Shown here one piece after another: positions 58,012 to 64,000 of a stretch of 64,000 nucleotides of DNA. The stretch is from Vulcanimicrobiota bacterium. Its GTDB lineage: Bacteria; Vulcanimicrobiota; Xenobia; Xenobiales; JADMJV01. The position numbers and the translations under genes were made by a program. The stretch spans positions 32,001 to 96,000 of the forward strand of contig JBFWNU010000008.1 of assembly GCA_050250895.1 (NCBI GenBank), given 5' to 3'. Position 1 is the stretch's first letter. Each line of letters begins with the position of its first letter. Below the pieces are notes generated by a model. The model saw nothing but the letters and a program-made list of their open reading frames with translations, made no database searches and had not been told where the DNA came from.

Positions 58012-58260
58012 ATGAAAACTCCAGAACAACAAATGATTCCTACCCCTGCCAGTCTCCTGACGGTCGACGAAGCGGCTCAGCGCCTCAATGTCGACCCGAT
58101 GACCATCCGCGAGATGCTGGCCAACCACCAGGTGCAAACGATCGATGTCGATGGCGAGCCCCGCCTCGAGGTCCGGCAATTGGACGCCCTCACCAGTCGC
58201 AGCCTGAAGGACGCGCTGGTGGGCGGCTCGGGCGAAACCCCCCGACCGCTCCTCGATTAG
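58012..58260 (+). CDS. Excisionase-like (HTH_17) DNA-binding protein
   Basis: LLTVDEAAQRLNVDPMTIREM. Confidence 0.75.
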   Translation: MKTPEQQMIPTPASLLTVDEAAQRLNVDPMTIREMLANHQVQTIDVDGEPRLEVRQLDALTSRSLKDALVGGSGETPRPLLD

Positions 58261-58973
58261 CGATACAACTGCGCATAAGCGTCGTCTAGCATGTCGAGCT
58301 GTCGCCGAAGTTGGTCCATCCTGGCCGCCGGTTGATAGCTCGACTTCATTTGGTTGCGGGCTTGATGGACCTCACGCATCGGCTCGACTGCACTAACGCC
58401 CTCCTCGAGGGCTACCCGTAGACGGGTTAGCGACCTCTGCAAGCGGGTCAGGGAACGGTCGCCCGGGTTGGCCTGCACCAGCTCGGTACTAAGGCGCTCG
58501 GCGGTGAGGGCGGTGTCGCGGAAACCCTCGGCCGTATAGCGGGGAACGACGGACGACGGAGCCACCGGTGGCGCGCTGGTGGTGGGGGCGGGTAAGGTCA
58601 CGGGAGCGGTCCCACCGCGGTAGAGCGGGCTGGTGCCGACCGGCGGCAGGTCAAGGTTCACTCCCTGGTTGGCCGCTTCGGCCTTGACCGTATCCTCGAA
58701 GGCCACCATCTCTTGGCGCGCGGTCTGCGAGGTCGAGTGGCTCCAGAAGATGGTGCGAGTGTCGCTAAAGAAGCCGAGCCAATGCTGACGTTGCTGGGCA
58801 TCTTGTCCGGTGAGGTCGGCGGCCGAATCGCTCAGCAAGGCAAAGCGCAGGTTGAGGTTCTCGGGAGCCGGAATGAGCCGGGCCAGGTTGTCGGCCTGAC
58901 CAGCGATGGTGTCGGTCTGGCCCCAGGCCAGGCCTGGCGCTAGAAACAGCAGTAGAATCAATAGTCTCTTCAC
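58257..58973 (-). CDS. Exported hypothetical protein
   Basis: GAGGAGG RBS; signal peptide ending AWG; Pro/Thr linker between helical domains. Confidence 0.7.
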   Translation of the reverse strand: MKRLLILLLFLAPGLAWGQTDTIAGQADNLARLIPAPENLNLRFALLSDSAADLTGQDAQQRQHWLGFFSDTRTIFWSHSTSQTARQEMVAFEDTVKAEAANQGVNLDLPPVGTSPLYRGGTAPVTLPAPTTSAPPVAPSSVVPRYTAEGFRDTALTAERLSTELVQANPGDRSLTRLQRSLTRLRVALEEGVSAVEPMREVHQARNQMKSSYQPAARMDQLRRQLDMLDDAYAQLYR

Positions 58974-58989
58974 GGGTTGTTCCTCCTCA

Positions 58990-60042
58990 TTAGTCCACCT
59001 TGCAGCGGGCCAGAAAGTCGTCGATGGATTCTTCCACGGGACGGGCGTTTTTGGTTAATAGCAGGCGGGTGCCATACGGGCCTGTGTCGAGGGTCAGAGC
59101 GTCGAGCATCTCCAGCATGATGGAAAAGCCCATGCCCAGCGACACAGCGGTCGAGAACCCTTTCTGCAGGGTTGCCCTGGCCAGGAAGTTGCGGTCGAGC
59201 CCCGGTCCCGAGTCTTCAATCAAGACCTGGATCTGGTCCGGGCCGGCAAACACGCCGAGGCGCCCTCCCGAACAGTGTTTCACCACGTTGGTGGCCGCCT
59301 CCGAGACGCAAACCACTAATTCGTGCAGGCGGTCTTCGTCAAGGACCGGAGCGGCCAGACTCTCGGCTAGACTACGGGCCACGGGAACCGAGGCCGGCGA
59401 GTTCAGCATCACCCAGTGAGGGGTGTTCAGTTGCTCGAGGCGGCGGCTCATCTCGCTGTGCTCGACGAGTTCCAACCGTCCTCCCGTGACGGCTTTGAGA
59501 ACGTCAGCCACGAAGGTGGTGCGACGACGTTCTTCCAGCCGACGGATGCGCTCGATCTCGAGCTGCTTCTCGACCCGGGCGCGCCGCCTCTCTTCGCGGC
59601 AACGGGCCTCGTGCAGATACTTTTGGCGCAGCAGAGCGCGGACCCGAGCCACCAGTTCGACCCGGTTGACCGGCTTGGCCATCAGGTCGTCGGCGCCCAG
59701 TTCATAGCTCTTGACTCGCGAGTCGAGATCCGAGGCCGAAGTCACCATCACCACCGGCACGAGCTGAAGCTGGGGATCGTTCTTGAGACGACGGCAAAGC
59801 TCGAAACCGTCGAGGCCCGGCATTCTAACGTCGAGGAGGATCAGGTCTGGCAGCAGCACTTCGAGCTGGGCCAGGGCCATCTCGGCATTTTGTGACGAAA
59901 TGACTCCGAAGCCCTCTTCCGAGAGCATCGCCGCCACGCACTGGCGCCCGATTCTCTCGTCGTCGATGATCATGATGGTGGCGTTCTCGAGGCTTTCAAT
60001 GGTGTTTCGCCTGGGGGCGGCTTGAAGGACCGTCATGGACAT
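58990..60042 (-). CDS. Receiver domain fused to an RsbT/SpoIIAB-like GHKL kinase domain
   Basis: IIDD..LLDVRMP..AKP receiver; SEAATNVVKH; EDSGPG; GFST..LGMG; no H-box. Confidence 0.8.
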   Translation of the reverse strand: MSMTVLQAAPRRNTIESLENATIMIIDDERIGRQCVAAMLSEEGFGVISSQNAEMALAQLEVLLPDLILLDVRMPGLDGFELCRRLKNDPQLQLVPVVMVTSASDLDSRVKSYELGADDLMAKPVNRVELVARVRALLRQKYLHEARCREERRRARVEKQLEIERIRRLEERRRTTFVADVLKAVTGGRLELVEHSEMSRRLEQLNTPHWVMLNSPASVPVARSLAESLAAPVLDEDRLHELVVCVSEAATNVVKHCSGGRLGVFAGPDQIQVLIEDSGPGLDRNFLARATLQKGFSTAVSLGMGFSIMLEMLDALTLDTGPYGTRLLLTKNARPVEESIDDFLARCKVD

Positions 60043-60075
60043 AAGCTCCCTTGCTGTTGATCTAGCTGTAGCTGG

Positions 60076-60828
60076 TTAGCGGTCGGTGACCGGTTGGGCG
60101 ACGGGCGGGTTGTAGGGCACCGCCATCACCCACTCGGACGCATGCTCGATTCGGTCGGCGGGTAGAGGGTGAGAACCTAGCAGGGTATTGAGAAAGCCCG
60201 GGGTTCCTCCGCCCCCCTGCTGGGCCAGGGTCCGTAGGGCGGCCACGGCATAGACGGGGTCGAAGCCCGCTTTGGCCATCAGCACGGCTCCGTACTGGTC
60301 GGCTTCGGCCTCGTGCTGCTGGCTATGCTGGCTATTGATGACTTTATCTACCAGGGCGACCGTATTAGCCGAGCCCTGCGAGAGGTTGCCCCCGCTAGTG
60401 CCCATCACGATGGCGATCAGTCCGATCCGGGTCCACTGGGCGCCTTCGATTTGACGCACCGAGTGACGCTTGTCGACATGGCCGATTTCGTGAGCCAACA
60501 CAAAGGCTAGCTGGTCGTCGTCGAGACCCTGCATCAAACCACGGGTGGCATAGACGAAGCCCCCAGGAAAGGCGGCTGCATTGAATTCATTGACGTTCAC
60601 GATGCGAAACTGCCAGGGCAGATCGCGCCGCTCGGCCTGACCAATCAAGCGCGCCCCGATGCGGTCGAGCCGGGCCTGCATGTTCGGGTCGTTGACCAGG
60701 CCGTACTCTTGCTCGAAGCGGGCGGCCGCTTCGCGGCCGATGGTGATCTCATCTTGAGTCGACATAGCCCAGGCCGATCCGGAGACGAGGATCAGGAACA
60801 GGCCAAGGGTGAAGAACTTTTTCAGCAT
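60076..60828 (-). CDS. M48-family metalloprotease
   Basis: NAAAFPGG; HEIGH; EAEAD; SHP..RI. Confidence 0.92.
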   Translation of the reverse strand: MLKKFFTLGLFLILVSGSAWAMSTQDEITIGREAAARFEQEYGLVNDPNMQARLDRIGARLIGQAERRDLPWQFRIVNVNEFNAAAFPGGFVYATRGLMQGLDDDQLAFVLAHEIGHVDKRHSVRQIEGAQWTRIGLIAIVMGTSGGNLSQGSANTVALVDKVINSQHSQQHEAEADQYGAVLMAKAGFDPVYAVAALRTLAQQGGGGTPGFLNTLLGSHPLPADRIEHASEWVMAVPYNPPVAQPVTDR

Positions 60829-60908
60829 CAGAACCTCCTACCTAGAGACTAGGGGAGGTTCTCGATGGTGCGTAGGTCCGCGAGAGGGTCGCGGGGGCAT
60901 CCCAGGGG

Positions 60909-62780
60909 CTACCTTGGGGCCGGGACCTGGGTCTCTGGGGCCAGGATCTTCTCCAATTGACTCTGGCTAAGGCTTTCGTGTTCGAGCAAAGCGTGAGCCA
61001 GATTGTCCAGCCGACTGCGGTGGTCGCGCAACAGTTGAGCCGCGCGCTGTTGACACTGGTCGAGCAGGACGCGTACCTCCTCATCCACCAACCGAGCCGT
61101 GGACTCGCTGTGGTCACGGGGTCGGGCCATTTCGCGCCCCAGGAAGGGATGCTCCTGGCTGACGCTGGCGTGGGTGGGACCAAGCCGTTCGCTCATGCCG
61201 AACTCGGCCACCATCTTGCGAGCCAGCTGGTTAGCCCGCTTGAGGTCGTCCGCAGCTCCCGAGGTTCGTTCCTGATAGACCAGATACTCGGCCTCACGGC
61301 CGGCCAACAAGACGGTCAGGCGGGCCGTCAAAAGGCCCTGGGTAAGGCTGTGTCGGTCTTCTTCAGGAGCCTGTTCGGTCACACCCAGAGCGCGGCCCCG
61401 GGGGATGATGGTCACCTTGCGCAAAGGATCGGCCTCGGGTAGCAGACTAGCTACCAGAGCGTGGCCTGATTCATGATAGGCTACCCGCTCCCGCTCGAGC
61501 CCCTCCAGGCCTTCATCCCGTTCGCTGCCGAGCAGGATGCGGTCCCGAGCCTCTTCGAACTGGGCCAGGCCCACCACCTCAAGACCTTCTCGTCCGGCCA
61601 GCAGGGCGGCTTCATTGACCAGGTTTCTCAACTCGGCGCCCGAAAAGCCCACCGTTCGCTCAGCCACCCTGGGCAGATGGACTTCTGGAGCCAGGGGGAC
61701 GCCTCGCGAGTGGAGTCTCAGTATCTCGAGGCGGGCTTGGCGCCGGGGTAGGTCGGTGCTGATGGTGCGATCGAACCTGCCTGGTCGGGTCAACGCGGGG
61801 TCGAGCACATCGGGACGGTTGGTGGCCGCCAGGACGACCACCGGTTGGCCCGAAGAGAAGCCGTCCATCTCGGCCAGGATCTGGTTGAGGGTCTGCTCGC
61901 GTTCGTCATTGCCGCCCCCCATGCCGGTGCCGCGAGAACGACCCACCGAGTCGATCTCGTCGATAAAGATGATCGAAGGAGCTGCCTTTTTGGCCTGTTC
62001 GAACAGGTCACGCACGCGCGAGGCCCCTACCCCCACGAACATCTCGATGAAGTGAGAGCCGCTAATACTGAAGAACGGCACCTCGGCCTCGCCAGCCACG
62101 GCGCGAGCCAAAAGGGTCTTGCCGGTGCCGGGGGGTCCCATCAGCAGCACCCCGCGCGGGATGCGGGCGCCCAGACGTTGGTATTTGCCGGGCTGGCGCA
62201 GATAGTCGACGATTTCCACCAGGTCGGCCTTGGCATTGGCCAGGCCGGCGACGTCTCCAAAAGTCACGTCCTCGGTAGTGCGCTTGTGCAGGGTGGCCTG
62301 GCTGCGCCCAAAGTTGAACAGGTTGGATTTCATGCCCTGGCCTCCCAGACGATTGCGCAGGGCTTTGCCGACGGAATACAGGATTACCAGCAGCAAGACC
62401 CAGGGCAGTACGCCCAGTAGAAGCGGGGCCAGCCAGCCGCTGGAGCGCTCGACGCGAAGGTCGACTCCGTGGCTTAACAACAGCTCGCCCAGCTGCTCCT
62501 GGTCAAAGTCTGGTACCACGGTCGTGAACTCCTCGACCGGTTCAGGATAGTCGCTTAGCTCCGTTTGCTTTTTCAGTTTTCCCTTCAGGTTCGAGCCTTC
62601 CATGACCACAGCCTCGACGTTGCCGGCCTGCAGTTGGTGGCGAAAATCGCTGTAGGCCAGGTTGGGGGCCTGGCCGAACTGAAGGATGGCCAGCACGAAG
62701 AACGGCAGGCCCAACCAAAAGAGCTGGCCGAGGCAGCCAAAAAGCTGCCCCGACCGCAGCGTCAATTTAGATTTGGACAC
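60909..62780 (-). CDS. ftsH: ATP-dependent zinc metalloprotease FtsH
   Basis: Two TMs; GPPGTGKT; FIDEID; RPGRFDR; HESGH. Confidence 0.95.
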   Translation of the reverse strand: MSKSKLTLRSGQLFGCLGQLFWLGLPFFVLAILQFGQAPNLAYSDFRHQLQAGNVEAVVMEGSNLKGKLKKQTELSDYPEPVEEFTTVVPDFDQEQLGELLLSHGVDLRVERSSGWLAPLLLGVLPWVLLLVILYSVGKALRNRLGGQGMKSNLFNFGRSQATLHKRTTEDVTFGDVAGLANAKADLVEIVDYLRQPGKYQRLGARIPRGVLLMGPPGTGKTLLARAVAGEAEVPFFSISGSHFIEMFVGVGASRVRDLFEQAKKAAPSIIFIDEIDSVGRSRGTGMGGGNDEREQTLNQILAEMDGFSSGQPVVVLAATNRPDVLDPALTRPGRFDRTISTDLPRRQARLEILRLHSRGVPLAPEVHLPRVAERTVGFSGAELRNLVNEAALLAGREGLEVVGLAQFEEARDRILLGSERDEGLEGLERERVAYHESGHALVASLLPEADPLRKVTIIPRGRALGVTEQAPEEDRHSLTQGLLTARLTVLLAGREAEYLVYQERTSGAADDLKRANQLARKMVAEFGMSERLGPTHASVSQEHPFLGREMARPRDHSESTARLVDEEVRVLLDQCQQRAAQLLRDHRSRLDNLAHALLEHESLSQSQLEKILAPETQVPAPR

Positions 62781-62795
62781 GGCTTTGGGACGTTC

Positions 62796-63236
62796 CTAAG
62801 AGAGTTCGATGGTCTTGCCGCGAGAAACAGTCTTCTCGGTCTTCGGCAGGGTCAGCGAAAGGACGCCGTCGTCCATCTTTCCGTCGATACGGTCGCGATC
62901 GACGTTCTCTGGTAGGACCAGCGAGCGCACGAAGGAACCGTAGCTCTTCTCGACTCGGTGGAAGGTCTCGCCATTCTTTTCTTCTTCGTTCTGGCGATTG
63001 GCGCGGATAGTCAGACGGTTTTCGTCGAGCTTGACCTCCACATTCTCTTTCTTGATGCCCGGGAGGTCGATTTCGACCCGGTAGGCGTCTTCGCGCTCCG
63101 AGATATTCAGCTGGGGAAAGTTGTTGCCATAGCCGCCCTCGCCGAAGAATCGGTTGAGCATGCGATCGAACTCGCGCTGAACCTCCTGGGCTCCGGCATT
63201 GACGATTCTAAAGGGGGTCATTGGGGTGAGTTTCAT
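62796..63236 (-). CDS. Hsp20/alpha-crystallin small heat-shock protein
   Basis: AAAGGAG RBS; DLPG; YGSFVRS..LP; DGVLSLTLPK. Confidence 0.92.
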   Translation of the reverse strand: MKLTPMTPFRIVNAGAQEVQREFDRMLNRFFGEGGYGNNFPQLNISEREDAYRVEIDLPGIKKENVEVKLDENRLTIRANRQNEEEKNGETFHRVEKSYGSFVRSLVLPENVDRDRIDGKMDDGVLSLTLPKTEKTVSRGKTIELS

Positions 63237-63449
63237 GAGAGAGGTCTCCTTTCTGGATTGGACCACCGCGAGCGGCGGTGTCTTTGTCTCTAGCCTAGGA
63301 GTTCTTGGATTGTCAGGCCACATACGCTCGGATCACGCCGGCCTATACCAGGGTGAGAGCCGATGCCAGGATAGCATCCGAAAGGGTCCCCGGCGGTTAT
63401 CCGGTTTTAGCTGGCCCGCCAGCCGCTGACATGGCACCCTTGAAAGACG

Positions 63450-64000
63450 ATGGAATGGTTACGGGAAGCCCAGTTGCCGGAGTGGTCCGACCTGCTCGAT
63501 ATGGCGGTGTTGGGCTTTGTGCTGTACCAGGTCCTGAGCCTGATGCGCGGAACTCGGGCGGTCCGTTGGATGGCCGGCGTGGTTTTGCTGGTCTTTAGCT
63601 ACTGGCTGAGCGGCCTGGAGGCGGTGGGCTTGCAGACGGTCCACGAGGTGCTCGGGTACGTCTTGCTCTATATTCCTCTAGCCGTCATCGTTGTCTTTCA
63701 GGATACGATCCGCCACAGTTTGACCCTCATCACCCGCAATCCCCTGAGCTATTTCTCGAACAAGGCACGCGATCGCTGTGAGTGGCTCGACCAGGTGGTT
63801 GGAGCGGCCGCCGAGCTCGCGTCGGAGGGGTTGGGCGGGCTCTATGTGATCGAGCGCGACGAGTCGCTGGAAGAACTCGACGGCGGGGTCAGTCTGGATG
63901 CCCAGGTCAGTGGGCCGTTGTTGGTTTCTATGCTCTGGCCCAACGGGCCCCTCCATGACGGCGCCGTGGTGATCAGCCAGGGACGGGTGCGGGCGGCCTG
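63450..64000 (+). CDS. cdaA: Diadenylate cyclase CdaA (3'-truncated)
   Basis: Not in the ORF track because it runs off the window; three N-terminal TMs with RGTRA; VVFQ; GLYVIER; GPLHDGAVVI. Confidence 0.88.
   Translation, partial: MEWLREAQLPEWSDLLDMAVLGFVLYQVLSLMRGTRAVRWMAGVVLLVFSYWLSGLEAVGLQTVHEVLGYVLLYIPLAVIVVFQDTIRHSLTLITRNPLSYFSNKARDRCEWLDQVVGAAAELASEGLGGLYVIERDESLEELDGGVSLDAQVSGPLLVSMLWPNGPLHDGAVVISQGRVRAA

Noticed and set aside
58012-58260. Excisionase marking a prophage
   Set aside because: No integrase or phage genes adjacent; standalone HTH_17 proteins are common.
63237-63449. CIRCE or other heat-shock operator upstream of hsp20
   Set aside because: No TTAGCACTC-N9-GAGTGCTAA match seen on either strand.

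Overview
GC-rich bacterial chromosomal window with about 62 tightly packed CDSs, one tRNA-Arg(ACG) and two repeat-filled intergenic blocks (about 19.4-21.8 kb and 50.9-51.8 kb). Recognisable housekeeping genes are mqnE, surE, fbaB, topB, trxC, pfkA, acnA, nadD, rsfS, an HtrA protease, ftsH, an Hsp20, cdaA and a heavy-metal P1B-ATPase. I see no integrase, transposase, phage structural gene, reverse transcriptase or CRISPR-Cas. The less ordinary items are: a protein mixing FlhA-like and FliG-like segments beside a secreted beta-repeat protein and an HrpF-repeat-like papain-type protein; a histidine kinase with a degenerate GGDEF-like input domain in an operon with a degenerate nucleotidyltransferase; a 2274-aa coiled coil with a recurring motif; two receptor-topology PEGA Ser/Thr kinases beside a minor-pilin triad; a tRNA and its probable terminator overlapping an antisense CDS; and a modular palindromic repeat family shared by two loci. 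All family calls come from reading motifs by eye; no database search was run. The gene style suggests Ca. Eremiobacterota/Vulcanimicrobiota, but that is only a guess.
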